DNA of 64,000 nucleotides, taken from Macrostomum lignano. Its lineage: Eukaryota. Within the stretch, counting starts at the first letter, position 1. Each line of letters begins with the position of its first letter. Below are positions 1 to 11,659 of the stretch, in pieces. Location: assembly GCA_002269645.1 (NCBI GenBank), contig NIVC01001790.1, positions 46,801 through 110,800 on the forward strand. Direction: 5' to 3'. A program made the translations under genes and the position numbers. The notes under the pieces were generated by a model. That model was not told the DNA's origin. It saw only the letters and a list, made by a program, of their open reading frames with translations, and did no database searches.

Positions 1-389
1 GAGTGTCACGGGCGTGCCGGATGTCGCCGATGTGCGCCAGCATGCGGCCGCGGATGCTGTTGGCGGTCTCGCCTACGTAGATCGTGTGGTCGCACCGGCG
101 GCAGAACACGGCATAGACGGCGTTGGTGGCGTTGCAGTCGATCCGCTGACTGATGATGAGCTGGACTGTCGTGGCTGCTGATCCGGGGCAGACGGAGGCG
201 AACCTGGCGTGTGCCTGGCAGCACCTGCACAGCCGGGTCGGGTTGCACGGCAGAAAGCCGAATTCCCACCGTCTCGTCGGGTAGAAGCCCAGCTCCGTCA
301 GCATCTCGTACTTGATCGTGCGCAGGAACCGCCGATTGTAGCCCTGGTGTTGCACCAGACTTGAAAACAGCCCGGTGCACGCTGCGTCG
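1..389 (-). CDS. PLE ORF2 C-terminus: thumb, CxxxxxCxCC linker and GIY-YIG endonuclease (frame absent from the ORF track; truncated by the window edge)
   Basis: Manual translation after restoring one T at 390-391 gives DFDAACTGLFSSLVQHQGYNRRFLRTIKYEML...CNPTRLCRCCQAH...IDCNATNAVYAVFCRRCDHTIYVGETANSIRGRMLAHIGDIRHA (VY...YVGET...R...H). Confidence 0.85.
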
Positions 390-1890
390 AATCGGCCATC
401 AGGGAACACCGCCGGGCGTATCTGAGGAGCTGGGACTTCACCACGCCCCGGAACGTCCGCTTCGGGTGGAAAGAGTCGCGGTGAATGAGCGTTCGGCTGT
501 CGGTCGGCTTAAAATACACCTTAGTTGCCAGGCGCTTAACGTCACCCTCGCGGTCCCAGAAGACGGTGGTATCCAGGAAGTTGACCTCGGTGCTGCTGTA
601 GCTCAGCTGCAACCTGATGTTCGGGTCGAGGCCATCCAGGAGCTCGTGGAAGCGGACCAGCTCGTCTCTCGTTCCGTGCCAGACGCCGAAGATGTCGTCG
701 ATGTAGCGCAGCCACAGGGCGGGCTTCTGCGGGCTGAGCTCCAGGCCCCGCTGCTCCCAGTAGCCCATGTAGATGTTACTGTAGCTGGGCGCAAACGATT
801 TTCCCATGGCCGTGCCTTTCACTTGCAGAAAAAATTTGCCATCGAACTCGAAGTCGTTGCGCTCCAGGTTCAGCTTGAGCAAACTGAGGAGGCTCGCGTC
901 CGGGCGCCGGGCGTCCGGGTGCTCTCTGAAGGCCCTCTGTACGCACTCGAGTCCGGCCGCGGTCGGGATGTTAGTGTAAAGGCTGGCGACGTCCATGGTG
1001 AACAGAAAGGTCTCGCCCCGCGCCGGGCAGGTGATGTCTCTGATGGCCGCCTGGAAATGATCGGTATCCCTGATGAAGCTGGGCAGCTGGATGACGATCG
1101 GCTGCAGGAAGCTGTCGATGAAGCGGCCGCTGGCATATGATTCGCTGTCCACGTCAGACACGATGGGCCGGCCTGGCGGGATGTCGCCGAGCGGCCACGA
1201 CTCGGCAGGCTTGTGAATCTTTGGCAGGATGTAAAAGCGTCGCGTCCGGAACTCCTCCTTCGGACAGAAGGCGGTGAACTGGCGTTTGTCGATAAGCCTG
1301 CGGTCCAGTAGCGACTGGAAGACGGCGCGGATTCTCTGGGCCGTGAAGCGGTTGATCGGCTCGTTCAGAGGCCGGTAGAAGGCCGGGTCGTCCAGCTGAC
1401 GCAGGCATTCACGGACATAGTCCTGCCGGTCCAGGATGACCAGCTGGCTGCCCTTGTCGGCCGGCTTGATGACGATGGACTTGTCTGCCCGTAGATCTCG
1501 CAGTGCCTTCGCCTCCGCCTGACTGATGTTAGGAGCGTTCCTGCAGTCCCGGATGTTCTCCCTGACGTCGTCCAGCTCCGCCAGAGCGGCTTGAATTTCG
1601 GGCCGGAGGCGGCTCGGATCGATGCTGGCCGTTGGGCGGCGGGGAAGCGGCGGACCGTCGTTCACCGTCAGTTCGCGCTTGAAGCCGCGAGCCGCCGACA
1701 CGGCCAGACGCTCGCCAAAGTCGCGGACGCCGGACGCCAGTGACTCCGCCGAGGTGCACCGAGGAGCCACTACGAAGGACTGGCCGCGCTCCAGCAGTTG
1801 CAGTTCAGTCGGTGCGAGAGCGCGGCTGGAGAGGTTCGTCACCCTCAGTTGGGGGGGCCCATGGCTCGCCCCCGGCCCGCTCAGTTTTTT
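390..1890 (-). CDS. PLE reverse transcriptase (ORF2; no ATG; open upstream through the A AAA AAC site)
   Basis: Motifs VTNLSS..L...E..LL.RG, PPGRPIVS, FTMDVASLYTNI, GTAMGKSFAPSYSNIYM, WLRYIDDIFGVW, VNFLD, VYFKPTD and HRDSFHP are all intact. Confidence 0.95.
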
Positions 1891-4009
1891 GGAAGGTCGC
1901 CCACCGTCTCCAGGGTGACGGCGAACGCCCCATCAGCAGACTGTCGCTCCAGGCTGATCTGGTCCCGTCGGAATGTCAGGACCTTGGTGTCCAGCGAGAT
2001 CAGGCTGACAGATCGGTAGCTGCTCAGGAGCTGGTTCGTCTTGCGACAGTTACTCTTCTGGAGCGCCGGCGCATCGGGGGGCACACGGTCTGCACCACCC
2101 AGATTGACGCGCCGGGGAAAGCCTTCCTGATGTTGGTCAGGCTCATCTTCCAGAGCTTGGCGATGGAGAAGTCGAAGCTCTCACGGTGGAGGTCGTTGTT
2201 GCCGGCCCAGACGATGACGCGGCCCGTGTCGGGACTCGCATTCTCCACCTTGCTGATGTTCTTCAGGTAGTCCAGCGTGAGGCCCGGGAAGCAGTGCACC
2301 TCTAGGTCTGGCGAGGCCAGCTTCACGAATTCCACGTTCTGGTCAGCGATCACCAGAGTGGGCTTCTGCTTTGACCTCAGCTTCCAGTGCTTCTTGGCTC
2401 CGTGGTGGTAGATGACTTTGTTCTCCCGTAAGCTTCTGGCAGTCTTCGACGGTTGCATGAGGCTCCCGGAATCCGGAGAAGCAGATGGGGGCCTCTTCCT
2501 GGTGGCCGCCGGGGTTCCAGAGTCAGCGGCATCTTCGCTTGTCCGGGCGGTGACAGTCTCTGGGACACCAGTAGACGTAGTCATGGGGAGGGATACCTCC
2601 CTGTTTGTCGGAGTCTCAATTGAGGCACAGTCCTGTGCGGATGGCGCCGTAGAGTTCTCTTCATAAGCCGTCGAAGCTGACGAGGCCGCCGATGAAGCCG
2701 CCGGTACAGTCGCCGCCGATGAAACCGCCGGCGCAGTCGCCGACGAGGCCGCCGACGAAGCCGCCGATGAAGCCGCCGGCGCGGTCGCCGACGAGGCCGC
2801 CGACGAAGCCGCCGATGAAGCCGCCGGCGCGGTCGCCGACGAGGCCGCCGACGAGGCCGCCGACGAAGCCGCCGATGAAGCCGCCGGCGCGGTCGCCGAC
2901 GAGGCCGCCGACGAAGCCGCCGATGAAGCCGCCGGCGCGGTCGCCGACGAGGCCGCCGACGAAGCCGCCGATGAAGCCGCCGGCGTGGTCGCCGACGAGG
3001 CCGCCGACGAAGCCGCCGATGAAGCCGCCGGCGCGGTCGCCGACGAGGCCGCCAACGAAGCCGCCGATGAAGCCGCCAGCGCGGTCGCCGACGAGGCCGC
3101 CGACGAAGCCACCGATGAAGCCGCCGGCGCGGTCGCCGACGAAGCCGCCGATGAAGCCGACGAGCCCGCCGACGAAGCCACCGATGAAGCCGCCGGCGCA
3201 GTCACCGCCGATGAAGCCGCCGGCGCGGTCGCCGACGAAGCCGCCGATGAAGCCGCCGGCGCGGTCGCCGACGAGGCCGCCGTTGAGGCCGCTGGCGCGT
3301 TAGCTCCAGTCACGAAGGTGGACATGAGCTCCTCCGACGCCTCCTCGATGATGGAAGCCAATGAACTGGACGTAGGTGGGGCAGCGGTCGAAGCTTGGGA
3401 ATGCGTCGTGGCCTGGAGCTGCGTATCCGGTTCACTCAAACAGCCAGCCAGTGCCTTGAACCCATGGGTGTGCAGGCGCTCCATCACACCGTCAAGGATG
3501 CGGGGACTCCAGGCTCTGCCAATCTTGTTGGCGGCCCACCGGATGCCTATGAGCCAGCCGGTCTTGAATTCATCCACCGGGCCAGATAGTCGAAGCTGCT
3601 CCAACTTCTCGGCCACCGCTGCGAACTGCGTGCCGTAATGCGTCCTCATGTCCGCCGTTGTGTGCACCAGCCACTGTAGGGCGTTGGATTCAAAGCGCTG
3701 GTGAGTCTCCTTGCTCTGGAACGCTGGACAGAGGAATAAGGTCAGGCTATCTGCCTTCCTTCGGACTGTCACTGGAGCTGCCGGGCGAGACCAGTTCTGC
3801 AGATGGTGGTGGATCCTGCACAGTCCCTTGCACGCTGCCGCGACTTGGTTGCTAAAGGGCTGTTGCTGTGGTCTTGGCGGGGGCAGAGTGGCAGGCTGTC
3901 TGGGCCTTTCAGGTCGTTCACTGTTTCTCTGAGGTTCAGCTTGACGTCCAATGCGTCTCCGACTGTTGAACCACTGACGTTGCTGACGGAAGTTAGTTGC
4001 TGAGCTCAT
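1881..4009 (-). CDS. PLE ORF1: N-terminal helical domain, Ser/Ala low-complexity linker, C-terminal SGNH/GDSL-like domain; one frameshift at C-run 2076-2081
   Basis: ATG at 4009 (MSSATN). SGNH-like blocks LVIADQN, FPGLT and WAGNND continue after a -1 shift as CPPDAPALQKSNCRKTNQLL...FRRDQISL to the stop at 1881-1883. Confidence 0.7.
2675..3290 (-). repeat. 12-bp-unit coding repeat (SSAA/SSAT/APAA) within PLE ORF1
   Basis: Tandem gccgccgacgaa / gccgccgatgaa / gccgccggcgcg / gtcgccgacgag units, in frame. Confidence 0.95.
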
Positions 4010-4136
4010 GTCGTCCAAATGAATTACCGGTGCTGGCCAAAGAGAGAGGGAGAGAGAGAGAGAGAGGAGGGCGCCTCCAATCTCAGGCACGGACGCGGTA
4101 CATGTAAAAAGGACAAACAAGTCAAGATGATTTAAG

Positions 4137-4177
4137 TTGCCGATATTTCGAATTAGGTAAATTCTTCGTCAGGGCAA
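4137..4177 (-). ncRNA. Minimal type I hammerhead ribozyme in the PLE pLTR
   Basis: Minus strand UUGCC CUGACGA A GAAUU-UACCU-AAUUC GAAA UAUC GGCAA: 5-bp stem I, conserved core, 5-bp stem II, palindromic AUAU stem III, AUC cleavage triplet. Confidence 0.85.
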
Positions 4178-4938
4178 ATGAAAAGTAGCGACAAGTGGTG
4201 TTGTAAAAGTTATTAAATAGGCGGGTTAGAGGGGAGAGAGAGTAGGCAGGTAGATAGAGAGCGTACGGTATGTACACTTGGTGTGAGTCGATAAAACACT
4301 ATTAGAGTTGAAAATGCAAAATAAAAAACAGTGCACAAATAAAGTGAACCGCACGTGGGCTGCAGCGATCAACCTCCGCTAATTCTCAAGATATGGCCAC
4401 AATAGCTAAAGATAAAATAAGTAACTCAAGAAGCCATTTTGGTTGTCCTAACAACAACTGAAATTAATCAACTGAGCACAGCCTTTTGTTCCATTTTGTA
4501 ATAAATATTATAAAAAAAGATGCACAAATACCGTAGTTATATCAGTGGTAATTAAAGCGATTTTTTCAAAGTTTCTCTGGTAAAAATTACAACTTTATAG
4601 GAAATAACTCACTCCTAGATTTTAGGCAATTTAACTGAGGAGTGTAGTTTTTTAGGAGTGCGTCGCCACCTCAAAGGGATTATGGATAGAGCGTACTTTT
4701 AAAAATCAACAGCTTTGTATAGACTAACGTTTTCGTACTGTAGTGATTAATCAAAGTTCTTTATTGAAGGTATACACTACGAAGCGCCATAAGAATTAGG
4801 CTTTAAAGAGTTTCTAAAAATGTTCTGAGGATTAATCTACTAACTAATTGGATTAAATATTCTAGAGCCACATTGTAAGAGCATTTAGAATCGTGTTTAA
4901 CTGTTTCATCCGAGCGTGAAAAGCTCTGAGCGGTTTCA

Positions 4939-7900
4939 TTACTCGACGGTATCGAACTTCCTGTCCTTGGCGCCGACCTCGCACAGCTGGAGCACCCGGG
5001 CCGGCGTCAGCGGCAGCTCGAACGTCAGGTTCACGTCCGGCTTTCCCTGCTGCTTCCGGAAGGCCTCAATCGCTCTCTTGATGGCGGTGACGCAGGTGGC
5101 CGCCAGACCGAACGGCGGCTCCCCGATCGCCTTGGTGCTGAACACGCTGTCGGTGTCTCCCGGCTTCTTCATTAGGCGGACGCGAAAGTCGCGCGGCACG
5201 TCGGCAGCCTGCGGCGGCTTATAGTTCCAGGTACCGTCGGCCAGGTTTCGCCCGGTGTCGGAGTCGTACACGGTTCTCTCGGTCAGGTAGTAACCCATGC
5301 CGAACACGTAGGCGCCCTCGATCTGGCCAATGTCCACGCCAGGGTTGAGGCTCTTGCCGATGTCCATCATGATGTCCGAGCGCAGGACGACGTACTCGCC
5401 AGTGAGGATGTCCACCTCCACCTCGGCCGCACCTACTCCAGTGCTGACGTATCTAGCGTGCTGGCCCTCCTGATTCTTGCTCCTGTAACTGGAATAGATT
5501 GACGATAAGCGATATTGTAGAGGCGTGAAGATGCGATGTCTGATGGCTAACTATATTAATGCACATTGCAGAACCAATCAAGGTCAGCCAAAAAAATTAT
5601 CCCGAGATACTTACGTTCCAAACGCCTTTAAAAGTACGCCAGACATGATGGCGGTCACCACCAACTCATTCCAACCAGCTTCCGGTTTTGTCTCCTTGAC
5701 CGGCAACAGGCGCTCCTTAATTTGATCAGCCGCCACTTTGGCAGCCATGGCGTTGAGCTCGCTGGTAGCGCTGCCACCAGTGATGTCCATCTGTGGCAAC
5801 ATCATAGTGTCGGTCGGTTTGGCCTTCACCATGTCGAGTGTGGCGCCAAACTCGGCCAGCTGAGCGACAACCGCTTGAGCAACCTTAGTAGTCAGTCCCT
5901 GACCCATTTCGTGCCCGCTATGCACAATGGAGATGCTGCCGTCCATGTGCACCGTCAGGTCAACTTCTGAAACACCGAACCTGTCGTAGCCAATGTGGTA
6001 CGAAATGCCAGAAATGTCCAGTCCTCGCTTTTTGTACTTGTTCTCCTGAAAGTTTGTTCATTCAATTGTTGTTTACTACTCATATTTTGCAAAATACTTT
6101 CGAAGTCATACAGTAACTATTGGTGGTTTACGTCTACCTTATTAAACTTTTCGATGGCGTTCCTTCGTTCCTCAATATTGGCTTCGGCGTAGAGTTCGTC
6201 CCACATTTTCGGCAGGTTGTCGTTGACTCGCTTTACTCCATGCTGGTCAACCTTCCAGATTTTAAAAATTACAGACAATTTTTTAAATTATGGATGCTTT
6301 CAGACACGAAATTTCTATTTGGTAGTAATTTACTCATCACCAGTTTACTCACCTGCCCAGCTTGGTACAGGTTGCGTCGCTTAAACTCAATGGGATCCAT
6401 TTTAAGGCCATGCGCCATGTGATCCATCATGAGCAAATTGATAATCGTGGCTGGAGCGGATCCAGGCGAGCGAACGGCAGTGGCGCCGGGCTTGTTCGTT
6501 CGAACGTACATCAGATCAGTCTTGAACGTCGGCACATAGTAGCCTTGGTCCAGGCCGGAGTTGATTTCTGGGCCAATCATCGCGATAAAGTTGCAGGAGA
6601 CTCCGGCGTCAACTGCATTGTTCCAGTGAACGCTCATGAGTTGACCATCGGATGTAGCGCCGGCCTTGTACTTGGCTAGCACGGTTGGACGTTTCTGCTC
6701 AAACTGGGCAAGGGTGTCCAGCCTCATGAACATGGTGCATGGACGATGCTTCAGCTCGCATGCGATAGCACACACCGAGGCCACGTGGTCGACCTTAAAA
6801 TTTTCGGTTGAGATAAACGAGTGTATATCTAAAATGCGTCTGAGAATGAAGCTTAACTCGAAGAATCTTGTTCATTTGCTTACTTACCATTATTAACTTT
6901 CCACCGAAACCTCCTCCAAGGCGAGGGCAAACCGCTCGGAAGTGCGATCTGGGCCTGCGCATCACTTTAGCAAGCACGGTGGTCAGGCCTTCGACCCACT
7001 GGTGCGGCGCGTGTACTAAAAAGCCTTCCTCCGTCTGGCGAACGCTAGCAGTGATTGACTCCATGAAGAAGTGCAGCTGCTCACCAGCCAGCACCTCTCC
7101 TTCAACCTGCACCGCCTGCTTCGCCATCGCAGCGTCTGGGTCCTCCGTCGATTTCTTCTGGGCGTCCTGGAAGTAAATCGACTTCTTAGCCAGAGCCTCC
7201 GAGATATGCACGATTGGCTCGTCGCCGGCCTCGAATAGAACCTCGACCAGGCTGGCGGCTCGGTCGGCGGCCCATTGTGTGTTAGCCATGGCGGCCGCCA
7301 CCGGCTGACCGGCGAAACCAACAACATTCGATGGGAAGATCTCGTCCGTTTGCCTGTTGAAGTCCGGAAGTAAAATAAATAATTAAGCCTTTAAAGTATC
7401 AATATAGATGTGCTAGAGACTGCGGAAAAATCTAAATCATACTCACGCTTCAGCCGGGAAGATAGGCAGGTCGTAGTTGTTTGTATATTTGCCTTCAAGA
7501 TCTTTCAAAGTCAGAAGACCTTCGAAGCCTGGCACTTTCTGAAAGACAGAATCCAGGACATAAAGTTAAAAGGATATCGAAGAAGAAACGATCGTTTATT
7601 ATCAGATCATTTCATATCATATCAGATCATATCAGATCAGAATCATAGCATTTATTTGGGATACCTCGGCTTCTTCGGTGTCAAATCCTGTGACCTTGAT
7701 GGCGGCCTCGGGAGCACGGACAAAAGCTAAAAATAGCTCATTCGCGTGAGCTGGGTAGTCGTTCACGTAGGTGGCCTCGCCGGATGTCTGCGCCTTGGAC
7801 TCGAGCTTCCTGACCGATTGGCCCAGCGGTGCCGGCTGAAGCTCTTCTACAAAGTCCTGCTCGCCTCGCTGGAGAGGTCGGGTGAGGACGGGACCGCCCG

Positions 7901-10078
7901 AGCGAGCGGCGCCTTCGACAGCGTCGCTGCCTATGTCCAAGATGGTCTTGTAGAGAAGGTTCACGGCCAGCTGTCGACGGTGCTCGGGTGAGGAGGCGGT
8001 GGCTTCCTCGACCGGCACCACCTCCGACTCGAGCACCTTCAGCGCGGCTGAAAGTTTTTGCGTATGGGTTAAGCAATTGTGATTCTCATGTCTGATAATA
8101 TTTTAACAACAAAACCTTTCGTTTAAAACTCACATTCGACAACCTCTTCATCCAGAAGGCTCTTGTTCAGCAGAAAGTTTTCTGTCTTCGTGGCTCGATT
8201 CTACAACAGACAAGGTTACATGTCAACTATTGCAATACTTTGTTGCTTCTGTTTCGCTACTATAAGTTTAGAATCAGCTGCAGTGCTTACAAATTTGTCA
8301 GAAATTCCACCAATAACAATGGTTGGACGCTCAAGCACAGTGTAGTCCTTTTTCTTGTCAACAGCAAGCTCAAAGGCTCCGTTGACGTAGGCATGAGCGT
8401 TCTGCAAGAGAAACATGTGGGTATTTCAGTGTAGTAAAGTATTATTGGTACGCATGCTGTTCCGTCAAAAATACATGATTGACTTTTAGCTCACGAGCTG
8501 ACGCGGCGTGATCTTGAACGACCTGTAGAAGTGCTGGTCTGTCGAGATCGCCGGCAGCTTGGCCGACACGATCACCTTCCCGCGCATGTCCATCCTCAGA
8601 AAGTCAGTCAGCACGTGATCCTGAGTACCCTGCTCATCCGCCACCTTGATCACGGTCTTTGCCGCCTCCAGTGTGATGAACACGTCCGACGGAAAGTCCT
8701 GGTGTCGGTGCTTCATCATGAGGTTTCCGGCCCACGACGCGTTCGCGCGAACGGCCTGATTGGCTACCTGCTGGTAGTGGTCGCTGATTCTGTCGAGGTG
8801 AGCCAAACCGGGCACCTTCTCGGCGGCCTCCTTGAATATTTCAATAAGCTCGCGAAGAGTGACGGTAGAACCGATCTCCAGACCCGACTTGCTCAGCTGA
8901 AATCAACGCGAAGTGTTACTTAGCTTGGACTACGAGCGTACAATCCATCTGATAAATTCTTGCTGTAACATCTACCACTCACCCTGATGTTGTGCAGCTC
9001 TGGAACGTTGCGAACGTTGATGTAGCAGTTGACGAGCACGTCTTCCTTGAACACTCCGGCAGAAGTGTTTCCGCACACGAGCTGGTACTCATCGTCCTTG
9101 TACCGCTTGAGCAGCTTGAGCAGTTGGTCCAAGCTTCCAGGATTGTAGAAGCGCTGTCCCTTCCAGCCGCGAGCGATCGGAATCACACCGGATGTAGGTG
9201 GCTTCGCGATGCCTTCAGCGCACAGGCTCTTGTTCATTTCCTGAGCAATGGAGTTGATGTTGTGTTTTGAAGGGGATGTTGAAAGGGACTAATGATTGTG
9301 CGCCCGACAACATGCATGTAGGTGTAAACCTCAGACTCACCTCGATGTCGACGCAAGCGCCGTTGTTCGAGTCGCACGCAAACGACTTCATGCCGTCAAG
9401 AATGGACCGATAGCCGGTGCAGCGGCAAATGTTTCCATCAAAGAAGTGCTCGACCTGCTGCATCGTCGGCTTCGGGTTCTCCTGCAGCTGGCTGTACATG
9501 CTCATGACGAATCCGGGAGAGCAGAAGCCGCATTGGGTGCCATAGTGCTCAGCGAGTCTCTCCTGGATCGGGTGGTACGGCTTGCCGCTGCCTCCGATGC
9601 CCTCGATGGTGGTGACGTGCCAGCCTACTGCCGAGTACACCGGACACAAGCACTGCAACCGATCACACGAGTCGCGTCATGACATCGGAGCTGACGTATT
9701 GAATTGCATCCTTATAAGTAGGTCGTAATCACGAAGCAAATGGAGACTCACCGAGTTGACAGGCACTGACACGACCTCTTCTGTAGCCGGGTGCTTGTAG
9801 GTGGCCGTGACAACGCAGCATCCGCATCCGCCTTCCCTGCACAGCACTTTCGTGCCCTTCAGATTGAGCACATCGCGAAGGAAATCGTTGAGACTGGTCT
9901 CAGGGTTGCAGTCCTTGGGAACTAAATCACAGATAGTTTCGGATCAACGTATCTTATCAATTTTCAGCATTAAAAAGCTTTGTGAGAAAATCGTTAAGTT
10001 AAACTTACTCTCCAAAGGATTGCCATTCACGTAGATAACCGGATCTCCGCTGAACGTATTGATGCCACCAGAATACAT
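4939..10078 (-). CDS. Aldehyde oxidase / xanthine dehydrogenase family molybdo-flavoenzyme, about 1288 aa, 14 exons
   Basis: Exons 10078-10009, 9921-9752, 9652-9341, 9240-8983, 8896-8495, 8401-8291, 8200-8134, 8047-7665, 7538-7447, 7353-6888, 6793-6353, 6251-6138, 6045-5615, 5488-4939 (3867 nt, phases consistent). Motifs CREGGCGCC, QCGFCSPG, GNICRCTGY, RLGGGFGGK, GHEMGQG, KAIGEPP. Confidence 0.95.
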
Positions 10079-10411
10079 CGCGACTTGCACTCGCTGGTTT
10101 TAAGTCCTAACAGTATCGGATCAAACCTGGCGCACACAGGTTAAAGTCTCTTGCCAACGGTTTGCGTTGAGTATTTATTCAGACCCCTCTCTGCCAGAAA
10201 ATTGGAACGAAAAACCCTTCAAAATAGGTCTGGCTTCAACTCGGCCCAGGGTTCAATGGTTGCTATACAAACTCTTCACCCACAATACAGAGGCTCTTCT
10301 TTAGCTTAGAAACTGTGCGCAGTCAGTTGTTTGTTGTGTCAAATTTGTTGCAGATTGCTTGTCAAACTGCGCGTGTGAGAAGCCTCTCAGTAGCTTTAAG
10401 AGCAGATAGTT

Positions 10412-10412
<1 letters not shown>

Positions 10413-10480
<68 letters not shown>
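10413..10480. repeat. (GA)n microsatellite
   Basis: Direct read. Confidence 0.95.
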
Positions 10481-10484
<4 letters not shown>

Positions 10485-11659
10485 AAGAAAGAAACAGAGA
10501 TAAAAAGAAGGAGAGAAGAGAGGAGATTAGATATAGCTATGCTAGACAATATAGAGACGCCATATGCAATGGCACCACAGGCAGTCAGGCAGTGTTTCAC
10601 GCGTGGCTCAAAGCATATTGCAACAGAATTGTGTCTAAACTCCACTATTCAATAATAGCTACTCATTTTAAACATTGGAGTGTCGTTTAAGTACAATTTT
10701 AGCTTGCTTATTTGTCACAATAAGCAGCGTCCAACGTACAAAAACTCGTGATGCACTGTCAAATATTCTGCAAGAAATGACCTTCCTTGACAGAAAAAAT
10801 GCATTTTAGATAGATCGATGTGCTCAGTCTACGTTCGTTGCTTTATAGTTAATTTTACATTGCATCAAATCGTCGTACGTTGGGTTACGGGTCAACGGAC
10901 GAGCATGCCCACTATGGTTTACACGTAAATGTTATCGCGGTACCAGAATGAACCTTTTTCAACTAAAAAGTACGGTAAAACAAAAAACGTTGCTAATTCG
11001 TTGATTTCATTCAAGCACAACCATGAGATAAAGTCGCTTTAAAAATATTATCAGAGTCAACATGTACCCCTTTTGCTGTGCGTACAATCTTTTAAAGCGA
11101 TCTTAAGTGACCGATTTGAGTCAGCATTCAATTAAAGCAGTGGCATGATATTAGTCTGATCTTTGCTTAATAAATCTTTAAAAAACCTCCTACCTATAAA
11201 GATGTTTTGTCAAAAAAGAATGATTTTTTGTAATTTTTGCAACTGAAACGCTTTCTATGCTACTTACATTTTCGCAAAAAAGATTTCCTATAAAATTATT
11301 TCTTTATTAGTTTCGTCAATGCTGCAGCCTGTCAAATGCAACAAATTCCAGCCTTTTTGCACTTTTACGTACCCTTCCAGCCACAGAACTTACAACTAGA
11401 GCCACGCCCACAGTTCTGTGCTTCCAGCCATCAAAATGGAAATTCAATGCGTTTGTAGTAATCGATACATATCGGCACCAATAATAGTCTCCTTATTAGC
11501 TTCTTTTGCTTAGTACATTTTTTAATTTTGAAATGGTGTAGAATAAACTATTTTCAATTTTTAATGCTTAACTATTTAATCTTTCTGACTTTCTTTTAAT
11601 CTTCTGACAAAGATGAAATCCACTGCGATGCCATGCAAAAATTGGAAGTAAAAAAGTTT

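Larger units (their letters stand above)
1..4330 (-). mobile_element. Penelope-like retroelement (Neptune-type): pLTR with hammerhead, SGNH-like ORF1, RT, GIY-YIG; 3' end runs off the window
   Basis: PLE-type RT motifs, a Cys-rich linker plus GIY-YIG C-terminal to RT, and a hammerhead at 4137-4177. Segment 4040-4330 is homologous to 45775-46080. The outer boundary near 4330 is approximate. Confidence 0.9.

Noticed and set aside
6-380. 124-aa ORF as a separate protein
   Set aside because: Wrong frame; the GIY-YIG motifs are in the third frame.
2692-3638. + strand Pro/Lys-rich and Asp/Glu/Ala-rich ORFs
   Set aside because: Antisense shadows of the ORF1 repeat.
7300-7353. Suspected frameshift in AOX/XDH exon 10
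   Set aside because: Re-reading gives QTDEIFPSNVVGFAGQPV in a single frame.
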